Assembly: GCA_965235115.1 (NCBI GenBank)
Contig: OZ249438.1
Span: forward strand, 37,510,001-37,574,000
Source of the DNA: Laetmonice hystrix
Lineage: Eukaryota
Direction: 5' to 3'
DNA length: 64,000 bases
Shown here: positions 50,790-63,790 of the stretch, one piece after another
Numbering within the stretch: position 1 is the first letter of the stretch
How the letters are laid out: every line of letters starts with the position of its first letter
Position numbers and translations under genes: made by a program
The notes under the pieces: model-generated
Seen by the model: only the letters and a program-made list of their open reading frames with translations
The model's database searches: none
Told to the model about the DNA's origin: nothing

Positions 50790-51205
50790 GATTGTTAAAT
50801 GGGGATGTGTATCCTTGGGAGTGTTAAATGGAGATGTGTATCCTTGGAAGTGTTAAATGGGTGTGTATCCTTTCGAGTGTTAAATGGGTGTGTATCCTTG
50901 GGAGTGTTAAATGGGTATGTGTATCCTTGGGAGTGTTAAATGGGTGTGTGTATCCTTGGGAGTGTTAAATGGGTATGTGTATCCTTGGAAGTGTTAAATG
51001 GGTGTGTATCCTTAGGAGTGTTAGATGGGTGTGTATCATTGGGAGTGTTAAATGGGTGTGTGTATCCTTGGGAGTGTTAAATGGGTATGTGTATCCTTGG
51101 AAGTGTTAAATGGGTGTGTATCCTTGGGAGTGTTAAATGGGTGTGTATCCTTGGGAGTGTTAAATGGGTGTGTATCCTTTGGGGGTGTTATATGGGTATG
51201 TGTCC
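50790..51205. repeat. 27/29-bp minisatellite, ~14 units
   Basis: Unit TGTTAAATGGGTGTGTATCCTTGGGAG. Confidence 0.95.
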
Positions 51206-51520
51206 TTAGGAGTTTTAAAGGGCTCTATAGTATATATAACCAAAATGGGTCTATATATAACTAGCTCAACCGTCCCACTAGCCAGCCTTCACTGGGCAAG
51301 GTTTGGCTGGGACAGAATATTCTCCAGAAGTTGAGACAATATTATTCTATCAATTCTCTTCAAACGCTGCATCTCTTCTGAATTTAGATGCAATATTACA
51401 TGCATGTACAGCAACTGAAAGTATTATCAGGAAAATCGATATTTTAGATGAAGTGAATTCATGTAATAAAATATCTGTTCATATGACAATGGTGCAATGT
51501 TCACATCAGTTGTCGGCTTT

Positions 51521-53245
51521 CAGCCTTTACAGTGGTCGAGATAATGCTTACTTTGTCAAATAGATTAAATATATCACATTTACTAAACCTGACATTAGGT
51601 CGTTGTCAGCCTTTACAGTGGTCGAGATAATGCTTACTTTGTCAAATAGATTAAATATATCACATTTACTAAACCTGACATTAGGTCGTTGTCAGCCTTT
51701 ACAGTGGTCGAGATAATGCTTACTTTGTCAAATAGATTAAATATATCACATTTACTAAACCTGACATTAGGTCGTTGTCAGCCTTTACAGTGGTCGAGAT
51801 AATGCTTACTTTGTCAAATAGATTAAATACGTCACATTTACTAAACCTGACATTAGGTCGTTGTCAGCCTTTACAGTGGTCGAGATAATGCTTACTTTGT
51901 CAAATAGATTAAATACGTCACATTTACTAAACCTGACATTAGGTCGTTGTCAGCCTTTGCAGTGGTCGAGATAATGCTTACTTTGTCAAATAGATTAAAT
52001 ATATCACATTTACTAAACCTGACATTAGGTCGTTGTCGGCCTTTACAGTGGTCGAGATAATGCTTACTTTGTCAAATAGATTAAATACATCACATTTACT
52101 AAACCTGACATTAGGTCGTTGTCAGCCTTTACAGTGGTCGAGATAATGCTTACTCCGTCAAATAGATTAAATATATCACATTTACTAAACCTGACATTAG
52201 GTCGTTGTCGGCCTTTACAGTGGTCGAGATAATGCTTACTTTGTCAAATAGATTAAATATATCACATTTACTAAACCTGACATTAGGTCGTTGTCAGCCT
52301 TTACAGTGGTCGAGATAATGCTTACTTTGTCAAATAGATTAAATATATCACATTTACTAAACCTGACATTAGGTCGTTGTCAGCCTTTACAGTGGTCGAG
52401 ATAATGCTTACTCTGTCGAATAGATTAAATATATCACATTTACTAAACCTGACATTAGGTCGTTGTCGGCCTTTACAGTGGTCGAGATAATGCTTACTTT
52501 GTCAAATAGATTAAATACATCACATTTACTAAACCTGACATTAGGTCGTTGTCAGCCTTTGCAGTGGTCGAGATAATGCTTACTTTGTCAAATAGATTAA
52601 ATATATCACATTTACTAAACCTGACATTAGGTCGTTGTCAGCCTTTACAGTGGTCGAGATAATGCTTACTTTGTCAAATAGATTAAATATATCACATTTA
52701 CTAAACCTGACATTAGGTCGTTGTCAGCCTTTACAGTGGTCGAGATAATGCTTACTTTGTCAAATAGATTAAATATATCACATTTACTAAACCTGACATT
52801 AGGTCGTTGTCAGCCTTTGCAGTGGTCGAGATAATGCTTACTTTGTCAAATAGATTAAATATATCACATTTAGTAAACCTGACATTAGGTCGTTGTCGGC
52901 CTTTACAGTGGTCGAGATAATGCTTACCCTGTCAAATAGATTAAATACATCACATTTACTAAACCTGACATTAGGTCGTTGTCAGCCTTTGCAGTGGTCG
53001 AGATAATGCTTACTCTGTCAAATAGAGTAAATACATCACATTTACTCAGGGTAACCTGACATTAGGTCGTTGTCAGCCTTTACAGTGGTCGAGATAATGC
53101 TTACCCTGTCAAATAGATTAAATATATCACATTTTTACTAAACCTGACATTAGGTTGTTGTCAGCCTTTACAGTGGTCGAGATAATGCTTACTCTGTCAA
53201 TTTACATCACATTTACTAAGGGTAATCTAACATTAGGTCGTTGGC
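51521..53245. repeat. 86-bp AT-rich tandem repeat, ~20 units
   Basis: ATAATGCTTA at 51541 and 51627 and onward; highly homogeneous, degenerate only in the last copies. Confidence 0.98.
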
Positions 53246-53677
53246 AGCTAATTTCCTCACGAGACTTGATTTAAAAAAAGAGTACTGGAAGGAGAGAGCA
53301 CTTTTTATTCTCTACCCTCCGAGGTCATGATGTGACTGGCCTGTCGCAGTCAGAGAACGTTGTCCACTGGCGTGCACCAGCTGACTCATTACTGGAGGGA
53401 GAAAATATGCCTTCAGCCTGGTTGGCCTGGGTGGACTTTAGACAGGTCACATGTGGGCTATCATGGGCGGCAGATTAATTTATATTACGTGGCGCAGGCT
53501 GGGAGAGACCAGGGACCTCCAGGACCGGTCGTGGTCAGTGCCAATGTCAAGGTCAATCAGGTGGCATGCCGGGGGGATGTGTTCACAACCTGGGACTGGA
53601 TGAACTGATGGTAGGAACGTGACTGGAAACAACGCGCGTTCGTACAGCTCGCCGCCCATCTATTACAAGAACCCTGA

Positions 53678-53848
53678 CAAAAACAAAGCAATAAACTAAC
53701 AAATACAAAAAAATATATGAAATACATGTATAAGTAAAAAAAAACCAGTGCTTGGAAACGTAATAAAAAAAACAAAGCAATAAACTAACAAATACATCAA
53801 ATATATCGAATAATAGTAAAAATAAGGTCAGTGCTTGGAAACGTAAAA
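53678..53848. repeat. diverged ~90-bp A-rich tandem duplication
   Basis: AAAAACAAAGCAATAAACTAACAAATAC...CAGTGCTTGGAAACGTAA occurs twice. Confidence 0.8.
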
Positions 53849-53892
53849 TCTTTACATTTTGGGGAGGAGTCGCGATATCATAAGTATCTTAT

Positions 53893-55044
53893 GGTATGAA
53901 GGAATGGTGTAGGCCACGTAAAACATAGGGTATGAAGGGATGGTGTAGGTCATATATGTAAAACATAGGGTATGAAGGAATGGTTTAGGTCACGTAAAAC
54001 ATGTATGGTATGAAGGAATGGTGTAGGTCACGTTAAACATAGGGTATGAAGGAATGGTGTAGGTCACGTTAAACATGTATGGTATGAAGGAATGGTGTAG
54101 GTCACGTTAAACATAGGGTATGAAGGAATGGTGTAGGTCACGTTAAACATAGGGTATGAAGGAATGGTGTAGGTCACGTTAAACATAGGGTATGAAGGAA
54201 TGGTGTAGGTCACGTTAAACATAGGGTATGAAGGAATGGTTTAGGCCACGTAAAACATGTATGGTATGAAGGAATGGTGTAGGCCACGTTAAACATGTAT
54301 GGTATGAAGGAATGGTGTAGGTCATATATGTAAAACATAGGGTATGAAGGAATGGTGTAGGCCACGTTAAACATGTATGGTATGAAGGAATGGTGTAGGC
54401 CACGTTAAACATGTATGGTATGAAGGAATGGTGTAGGCCACGTTAAACATGTATGGTATGAAGGAATGGTGTAGGCCACGTTAAACATGTATGGTATGAA
54501 GGAATGGTGTAGGCCACGTTAAACATGTATGGTATGAAGGAATGGTGTAGGTCATATATGTAAAACATAGGGTATGAAGGAATGGTGTAGGCCACGTTAA
54601 ACATGTATGGTATGAAGGAATGGTGTAGGTCATATATGTAAAACATAGGGTATGAAGGAATGGTTTAGGCCACGTAAAACATGTATGGTATGAAGGAATG
54701 GTGTAGGCCACGTTAAACATGTATGGTATGAAGGAATGGTGTAGGTCATATATGTAAAACATAGGGTATGAAGGAATGGTTTAGGCCACGTAAAACATGT
54801 ATGGTATGAAGGAATGGTGTAGGCCACGTTAAACATGTATGGTATGAAGGAATGGTGTAGGCCACGTAAAACATGTATGGTATGAAGGAATGGTGTAGGT
54901 CATATATGTAAAACATAGGGTATGAAGGAATGGTGTAGGCCACGTAAAGCATGTATGGTGTGAAGGAATGGTGTATGTAAAACATAGGGTATGAAGGAAT
55001 GGTTTAGGCCACGTAAAACATGTATGAGGGAATGGTGTAGGTCA
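53893..55044. repeat. 36/38/40-bp variant minisatellite, ~30 units
   Basis: Core GGTATGAAGGAATGGTGTAGG with alternative spacers CCACGTTAAACATGTAT, TCACGTTAAACATAG and TCATATATGTAAAACATAG. Confidence 0.97.
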
Positions 55045-56196
55045 TTATGTTTGGTATATTGATCGGTTTAGGTAGATCTGCCGAGGCAATATTTCAGTTT
55101 GAGACCTTGTGACTGAGTCTGAGTGACTCCTAATGAGTAATATGACGGCAGATCTCCATGATTCCCGGTTTATTAGAGAAACACGGCTTATTTTACTTAG
55201 CTATCCCTAATCCCACGGCTGTTTGTGGCGATCAGATAATATTGTCTCTTGTTGCCCACCTTGTAATAGGGTCTGACAGACTGACAGCGTATCCTCCAGT
55301 GGCAGGGTTACTCGGGTCTCGCCGCTTTGATGAGTCCACCATTGTCTTATAACGGTTTACTTTGGCTGACAACCTATAAAAGCTGATTGATATTAACATG
55401 GGGTGTCTCAAGTATTTTGTAGTATTCTCTTTGAAAGCACCTAATTCCTCGTCTAGGGTAAGAAGAGTCCTTTGAATAAAGGATGAGCAGTACTGTGCCC
55501 ACTTTTCACAGATGTAGGCATGAAAAAATATAATTGCCTAATATTGTTTGGTGCCAGCAGGCAGGCTATTTCCACTTTGCGGTGAATTCAAACAGCAGAA
55601 TATTTCTTATTGCCAACTGTGTAGGCAGTCAGTGTGGAGGCAGTAATCATGTTTCCCGAACGGTCTAATCATTTGTTCCGCTGCTTCAAGAGTCAGACGA
55701 GCGTCGGGGAAATATGGGCCGATATGGTAAACGAGAGACTAGTCCCCAAATGGTATCTCTGATTGGGTGTTCTATCCGGGTTATTGGTTTCTACATCAGT
55801 CATAGTGTGCAGCGTAATCAAGGAACAGTAGACGCCCTACAATCACGAGTAGCCTCAAATAGTATGAGTCAAGGTTCAAATAGGCTACAAAATATATCAG
55901 CGATATGTAAATGAACCAATCGTATTGGTGTAGAACGTGAATCACATTTATTGATATATCTTTTTGGAAGCGTTTTGAATAATATCAATTTTTCTTGAGG
56001 TTTGGTAATCAACCTTTCACGTTCAAGTGGTTTGAGAAGACAAATTAATGAAATGGCAGTGATAATCTGTCCCCGTGGCTGAAGGTGCCCCCCACCCCCA
56101 GCTGACCCACTGGGACCGGCTGCCCCACCCCCACCCCCACCCCCGCCACACTGACTGTAAGTTAACTAAGCTATTTGTACTGGGCTGATTTTTCAG

Positions 56197-56316
56197 GTCC
56201 CACCACCAAGTGTTCACCGACATCGTGTGAGAACCGGGGAGTGTGTATACAGGAATGGAACTCGTACACGTGTGACTGTGACATGACCTCATTCACAGGA
56301 CCTTCCTGTGAGGACG
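56197..56316 (+). CDS. NRXN1: alpha-neurexin internal exon: third EGF-like repeat
   Basis: Acceptor gatttttcag|GT and donor GACG|GTAAGT; 120 bp, phase 1-1, in frame with the 28244-29011 exon. Translates (G)PTTKCSPTSCENRGVCIQEWNSYTCDCDMTSFTGPSCED: six cysteines, similar to vertebrate [40 protein letters not shown]. Confidence 0.95.
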
Positions 56317-56548
56317 GTAAGTCTCCGGAGGACCTCAGTCCTCTCACCACATAGTCCTCTCCAGTTTCTATTCTCAATGAAACTGTAATTTTGTCGAGAA
56401 ATAATTAATTTTTCAAACATTTTATGTGTATCAAAACTTCAAAAATTGTTTTAGTTTTCTTTGGTATAGACACACGGGTAAGTCGTGCCATTATGGAGAG
56501 GAGTCGCGTTCCCTCCAATTATTGGAGGTGTTGTCCTCCAGGCATGCA

Positions 56549-58620
56549 GACAATGCCGCTAGTTTAGGTGGAGACAGTCCCTATGGAGGGGTGGCATGTC
56601 GGACAAGACTGCTAGTGTAGGTGGAGACAGTCCCTATGGAGGGGTGGCATATCGGACAATCCCGCTAGTGTAGGTGGAGACAGTCCCTATGGAGGGGTGA
56701 CGTGTAGGACAATGCCGCTAGTTTAGGTGGAGACAGTCCCTATGGAGGGGTGACGTGTAGGACAAGACTGCTAGTGTAGGTGTAGACAGTCCCTATGGAG
56801 GGGTGGCATGTAGGACAAGGCTGCTAGTGTAGGTGTAGACAGTCCCTATGGAGGGGTGGCATGTAGGACAAGGCTGCTAGTGTAGGTGTAGACAGTCCCT
56901 ATGGAGGGGTGGCATGTCGGACAATGCCGCTAGTTTAGGTGGAGACAGTCCCTATGGAGGGGTGGCATGTCGGACAATGCCGCTAGTTTAGGTGGAGACA
57001 GTCCCTATGGAGGGGTGGCATGTCGGACAATCCCGCTAGTTTAGGTGTAGACAGTCCCTATGGAGGGGTGACGTGTAGGACAATGCCGCTAGTTTAGGTG
57101 GAGACAGTCCCTATGGAGGGGTGGCATGTAGGACAATGCCGCTAGTTTAGGTGGAGACAGTCCCTATGGAGGGGTGGCGTGTAGGGCAATGCCGCTAGTT
57201 TAGGTGGAGACAGTCCCTATGGAGGGGTGACGTGTAGGACAAGACTGCTAGTTTAGGTGTAGACAGTCCCTATGGAGGGGTGGCATGTCGGACAATGCCG
57301 CTAGTGTAGGTGGAGACAGTCCCTATGGAGGGGTGACGTGTAGGACAAGACTGCTAGTGTAGGTGTAGACAGTCCCTATGGAGGGGTGACGTGTAGGACA
57401 ATGCCGCTAGTTTAGGTGGAGACAGTCCCTATGGAGGGGTGGCGTGTAGGACAATGCCGCTAGTGTAGGTGGAGACAGTCCCTATGGAAGGGTGGCATGT
57501 AGGACAATGCCGCTAGTTTAGGTGGAGACAGTCCCTATGGAGGGGTGGCGTGTAGGACAATGCCGCTAGTTTAGGTGGAGACAGTCCCTATGGAGGGGTG
57601 GCATGTAGGACAATGCCGCTAGTTTAGGTGTAGAAAGTCCCTATGGAGGGGTGGCGTGTAGGACAATGCCGCTAGTTTAGGTGGAGACAGTCCCTATGGA
57701 GGGGTGGGGGCGTGTAGGACAATGCCGCTAGTTTAGGTGGAGACAGTCCCTATGGAGGGGTGGGGGCGTGTAGGACAATGCCGCTAGTTTAGGTGGAGAC
57801 AGTCCCTATGGAGGGGTGGGCATGTCGGACAGGACTGCTAGTTTAGGTGGAGACAGTCCCTATGGAGGGGTGGCGTGTAGGACAATGCCGCTAGTTTAGG
57901 TGTAGACAGTCCCTATGGAGGGGTGACGTGTAGGACAATGCCGCTAGTTTAGGTGGAGACAGTCCCTATGGAGGGGTGGCATGTCGGACAATGCCGCTAG
58001 TTTAGGTGGAGACAGTCCCTATGGAGGGGTGGCGTGTAGGACAATGCCGCTAGTTTAGGTGTAGACAGTCCCTATGGAGGGGTGACGTGTAGGACAATGC
58101 CGCTAGTTTAGGTGGAGACAGTCCCTATGGAGGGGTGGCATGTCGGACAATGCCGCTAGTTTAGGTGGAGACAGTCCCTATGGAGGGGTGGCGTGTAGGA
58201 CAATGCCGCTAGTTTAGGTGTAGACAGTCCCTATGGAGGGGTGACGTGTAGGACAATGCCGCTAGTTTAGGTGGAGACAGTCCCTATGGAGGGGTGGCAT
58301 GTCGGACAATGCCGCTAGTTTAGGTGGAGACAGTCCCTATGGAGGGGTGGCGTGTAGGACAATGCCGCTAGTTTAGGTGTAGACAGTCCCTATGGAGGGG
58401 TGGCGTGTAGGACAATGCCGCTAGTTTAGGTGGAGACAGTCCCTATGGAGGGGTGGCATGTCGGACAATGCCGCTAGTTTAGGTGGAGACAGTCCCTATG
58501 GAGGGGTGGCATGTCGGACAATGCCGCTAGTTTAGGTGTAGACAGTCCCTATGGAGGGGTGACGTGTAGGACAATGCCGCTAGTTCAGGTGAAGACAGTC
58601 CCTCTGGAGAGGTGACGTGT
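56549..58620. repeat. 53-bp minisatellite, ~39 units, starting ~230 bp after the EGF3 exon
   Basis: Unit GGACAATGCCGCTAGTTTAGGTGGAGACAGTCCCTATGGAGGGGTGGCATGTC. Confidence 0.98.
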
Positions 58621-60999
58621 AAGGCAAGGCTGCTCTCCATACCAGATAAACAATCAGAGAACGGCTAACAACTATAACAACAGGGGATAGTTGAATGCGA
58701 TCGGTAAGCTGCCATTCTTAAAAAATAACCATAAAATAACGAAGAAATAGCGAAAGGAAAGTCCGCTAACAACCCCTTGTAGTTTGAGGGATTTCTTGCG
58801 GCCATATTTCCAGACCCGCCTGATTGTCAGTTTGAGTTCTGCTTCACATCTGCTCTGTTAGATGTGTGATTTTGTTCATGAGGTCAGTAGTCGGAGTCAG
58901 AACTAGCCTGGTGCCGACTAACGTGGGACGTTCACTGGATTATATACTACCCTGCGGGCAATGGGAATTACGGGTTGGCAACAGTCGAGTTGAAGACTTG
59001 TGGTTGGAACTATGGGGAGCCGTGGCATGTAGCCTGAGGGGGACCAGTGTATTGGACCTGAATTAGGGGGCCTGATAATTGGAATTTATCCCTTTTTCCT
59101 TCGGTACGGCACATTTTGCCAGCCTCAGGTCTCTGGGGACCTTTCCTGGAAGTATCTACTCGGCTGAGTCTAAGTCGATCAAGGTTGGCCGCTTCCAGGA
59201 GAACATCCAGGTGATGAGACGCGGCCACGTAGCCGGGAGGGCTGGCTGATAGCCGTGTTTGTGCCATGGCCACCCAAATTTCCTACCTCGCCATTCGGCC
59301 CGGGATTCATGCAGGGCATGCGTATTAGATAACGTCTAATGACGGGATGATGGAGGAGTAGGACGGGACTCGGCCGGCTGGTCGGCCGGCTGGTCGGCCG
59401 GCTGGTCGGCTTGGTGACCGTGCTGTGCGCCTCAACCAGCCGGTGGGAAAGAGAACCAGCACGGAGAACCCAGTGTCCGGTGAAACTCGCAATATTCCCA
59501 CCCCACCACCCTGCCGCCGCCGCTGTCGCCAACAGGGTCGTTAGAAGGGGTAATCAGCCTTGCAGTCTCCTCCTCAGACAGGCTGATTATTGCTACGAGT
59601 GGCGGTAAAAACTAAATGTTTACAACATCTCGGCCATCAGGGACTCTCGGCAACTATTACAGAGTCTGACTTCAAGGAGAACCTGATTTGGTACAAGCCT
59701 TCGTCAGAGATTACGGAGAAGGCAGGACCAGAGTCGGACGGTAAGAGGCCAATTATCCAGCCGGCTCGTGCTACCATCGTGGGCCGGGCAGGGCGAGCGG
59801 GGCCACAGGTGGTGTGCCGAGCGCCGTGTAACTCTCCCAATTGTACAGGTGTGAATTTAAACACCCCTCCGTTCGCGCCAAGGCAATTTTCCTCTTCTAC
59901 CGGCGAAGTCCCCAAGCGATTCCCTGCCAGTTGTCAGTAGCCAAGCATGCAGCCTTGCACCTGCAGGCTTGGACTAATTTGCAGGCAGATCACACCAAGA
60001 AAAACCCCGCAAGAACCGCATTGAACCCAAAATAACCCTAGCCTGATGTTTTCAGGTGGTATTCGGCGTCAATTTGCAGACGCTGCTTTCATCTATTAGA
60101 AGCTGTTACCTTCTACAGCTGATTTTACCATTAACGGCTAACACATTGAAAGAAGAAATTTGTCTTCCTGTTGACCTGTAAAGCCGAACGATCCCTAACA
60201 AATCTACTCAGGTTCCAACCTGGAGGAAATGATGATGAAGCACGTCTGGGAGAGGCTGGCAGAACGCGTTCATGCCGAGTCAGAGTGTAGCAGAGAATGA
60301 AGTCAGGTTAGTACGTTGGGATCACCTGGCTGAGGCCTGAGATCCACTTAATGTTGCCACTTTGATTCGGCAGGCATTCCGTGGGCGGTCAGGCCGGGGC
60401 AGTGCCGGGGCAACAGTGAGAGGCCCACCGGCTGCGGGCATGCTTGCTCAATCAAGGCAGAGCGTGGCCTGGAGGTCTTTGATGGGTGCACACACGGGGA
60501 TCACAGAACCTTCCTCCCTCTGAACCACCGATCTGTATCCTGCCGGTCACGTCGAGACCCTCACAGCTAGTCTCATTGTTAGTGTGTGATGAGCTCAGTA
60601 CCAGATCAACGGGAGGCGCCAAGTCAGGCATGAATGAAGTTAGGCAAGCGTAAAGTTGCTGACACAATGGTTTCTGCTGCCCCCCCCCCACATACCCACA
60701 CAACCACACCCATCCTGTGTCAAGGGCTTCAGACTTTGAACCCAAACCAAGTATGGCCCAGTGAGGACTACCTTTGACAGCTAGGTTCTCGGAAAACGGA
60801 CACCTGCCGCAAAGAAACGGCTTCATGGCATTTGAAAACCTCGTTTAGGATCACTTGTTGATTGAGGGCGGTGAGGACCGTGACAGGAGCAGGTTCCTCT
60901 TAGAGTCTGGCCCTTCCAAGGAAGATGTGAGCAACAAGCGAACAAGAAAAATGGGGGGAAGCAGCTCTTTAAATAGTTTTAGTGCTTACATTTCGTTGA

Positions 61000-61422
61000 A
61001 CACTTTCAGTGGGTACGTTTTGTTGAACTCGTTCAGTGGCTTCATTTTGTTGAACTCCTTCAGTAGTTTAATTTTGTTGAACTCCTTCAGTAGTTTAATT
61101 TTGTTGAACTCGTTCAGTGGTTTCATTTTGTTGAACTCCTTCAGTGGCTTCATTTTGTTGAACTCGTTCAGTTGTTTCATTTTGTTGAACTCGTTCAGTG
61201 GTTTCATTTTGTTGAACTCCTTCAGTGGCTTCATTTTGTTGAACTCCTTCAGTAGTTTAATTTTGTTGAACTCCTTCAGTAGTTTAATTTTGTTGAACTC
61301 GTTTAGTGGTTTCATTTTGTTGAACTCGTTCAGTTGTTTCATTTTGTTGAACTCGTTCAGTTGTTTCATTTTGTTGAACTCCTTCAGTAGTTTAATTTTG
61401 TTGAACTGTTTTAGTGGTTTCA
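61000..61422. repeat. 27-bp minisatellite, ~16 units
   Basis: Unit TTGTTGAACTCGTTCAGTGGCTTCATT; explains the LLNSFSGFI and MKPLNEFNK ORFs. Confidence 0.95.
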
Positions 61423-61802
61423 TTGTATGGGATTGCTACATGTAGGAGTCTGCACGAATCTGCGCTCGTGTAGCATAATGTTAAAATGGGCCTTGAGATT
61501 GAAACATAAGCTGAGAGATCCTCTGGAAATCAGAACGACAGGCATGGGGTTCATCTATATTGATTAAAGTATCACCGTCCTCGCAGTGACGATTTAAGAC
61601 GAAAATTATTGATAATAAAAGGCAATGATAGAGTAGAAGCGGTGGGTGATTTATCATCCTCGTTCACCTGGCCAGGATACTGGAACCGCGACAAGAACGC
61701 CCCCTGGTGACTGGTGACTGAGTTCGGGATTATCGGCGGCGTCAGGGACGAGTTGACACTGTGGGTTGATAGAGTCGGAGCGGTTGGTCGGACGGACGGC
61801 TG

Positions 61803-62878
61803 TGAACATAGATGATTGTTACTAAGGACACTGTTATTGCACAAAGTTTGCACGCCAACAATTACTGCGTACTGACTGCGATGTAGGCCTGTGTCAGAAC
61901 ATAGATGTTTGTTACTAATGACACTGTTATTGCACAAAGTTTGCATTATAACAATTACTGCGTACTGACTGCGATGTAGGCCTGTGTCAGAACATAGATG
62001 ATTGTTACTAAGGACACTGTTATTGCACAAAGTTTGCACTCCAACAATTACTGCGTACTGACTGCGATGTAGGCCTGTGTCAGAACATAGATGTTTGTTA
62101 CTAATGACACTGTTATTGCACAAAGTTTGCACTATAACAATTACTGCGTACTGACTGCGCTGTAGGCCTGTGTCAGAACATAGATGGTTGTTACTAAGGA
62201 CACTGTTATTGCACAAAGTTTGCACTCCAACAATTACTGCGTACTGACTGCGATGTAGGCCTGTGTCAGAACATAGATGGCTGTTACTAATGACAGTGTT
62301 ATTGCACAAAGTTTGCACTCAAACAATTACTGCGTACTGACTGCGATGTAGGCCTGTGTCAGAACATAGATGGCTGTTACTAAGGACACTGTTATTGCAC
62401 AAAGTTTGCACTCCAACAATTACTGCGTACTGACTGCGATGTAGGCCTGTGTCAGAACATAGATGGCTGTTACTAAGGACACTGTTATTGCACAAAGTTT
62501 GCACTCAAACAATTACTGCGTACTGACTGCGATGTAGGCCTGTGTCAGAACATAGATGGTTGTTACTAATGACACTGTTATTGCACAAAGTTTGCATTAT
62601 AACAATTACTGCGTACTGACTGCGATGTAGGCCTGTGTCAGAACATAGATGGCTGTTACTAATGACACTGTCATTGCACAAAGTTTGCACTCCAACAATT
62701 ACTGCGTACTGACTGCGATGTAGGCCTGTGTCAGAACATAGATGGTTGCTACTAATGACACTGTTATTGCACAAAGTTTGCACTATAACAATCACTGCGT
62801 ACTGACTGCGCTGTAGGCCTGTGTCAGAACATAAATTGCTGTTACTAAGGACACTGTTATTGCTCAAAGTTTGCACGC
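61803..62878. repeat. 93-bp tandem repeat, ~11.5 units
   Basis: Unit GAACATAGATGGTTGTTACTAAGGACACTGTTATTGCACAAAGTTTGCACTCCAACAATTACTGCGTACTGACTGCGATGTAGGCCTGTGTCA. Confidence 0.97.
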
Positions 62879-63790
62879 TAATAGTCCTGATACAATGCCT
62901 ATACTTCCCAAAGGTCACAAATCATCCAGTCCAGCCCAGTCTAATGTTAAGATCGACTCTACTGCACAGACAGAACTTAACTAGACTAGACTTTTTATCG
63001 TTGAAATATGTGAAGATGGCAGTAGTCCCATTGCATAGCTCTGTCTGTGTTGTCAAGGATCTTGAAGGGATTGTCTTGTGCTCTGTGTACGTATGTCGCA
63101 GGCAGATCTGCTGGTGCTTGCCACATTGATTACTGGAGGGTGGGGTGGGGGTAGGGCGATACAAAACGCCCTTTGCCAGGATCAGCCGGGTTGATCAGCC
63201 CAATGCCATTTAGTCGCTGCACAGATAATTACATCTTCACAAATTGGATTCTGTCTCTGGCCGTTCTCCACATGTGGACTTTTTTGTTTTCATGCGTTTG
63301 GCGGGCCGTATAAGGGTTCGAATTTGCGTGTTTCCATTATGAGTTTCAGACATTTCTATCGTTGATATATGTGAAGATGACAGTAGGTCTGTCTAATTTG
63401 TTAGAAAGTTCTCACAGAGAGATATTGTGAAGTAAAAGATAATATATAAATAAAGTGAGGATTTATAATGTGGTTTAAGGCACTACCCTTCGCTATATAA
63501 ATTCCTTTCCTTTAGAAATTAAAACTTAGACGGGAAATCGCTTGCAGTGAGTTGGAGATTTATTCAGTAAAACCTGTGGTGAGTGAGGAGAGCACTAACA
63601 GTGCTAATCGTTAGGATTAACAGTGGAGGATTAGTCGAACACGTTTAGGTGTCGGACGTTTTGATAAAATCTGTGTGCCTGCAGTACGGTCGGCGTGGTG
63701 GTGGTGGCGGTGGTGGTGGTGGTGGTGGTGGTGGGGTGGGGTGGGGGGGGGGGGGTCAGGACGCCGGGCCCCATGTGATGTGAACGGCTT

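Noticed and set aside
59582-59740. Internal neurexin exon ending at the GTAAGA donor at 59741
   Set aside because: The phase-1 acceptor (59582) puts TGA immediately in frame; the other nearby acceptors (59578, 59641) are phase 0 and do not fit the EGF3 donor.
1245-62918. Other long repeat ORFs (AMTETPQ, VLKVDTWP, AETTNVLTPSPTR, MKPLNEFNK, CGPCGPRCQCP and similar)
   Set aside because: Each coincides with a minisatellite and is open in multiple frames or on both strands, with no splice or domain support. These commonly cause false mucin-like or keratin-associated gene predictions.
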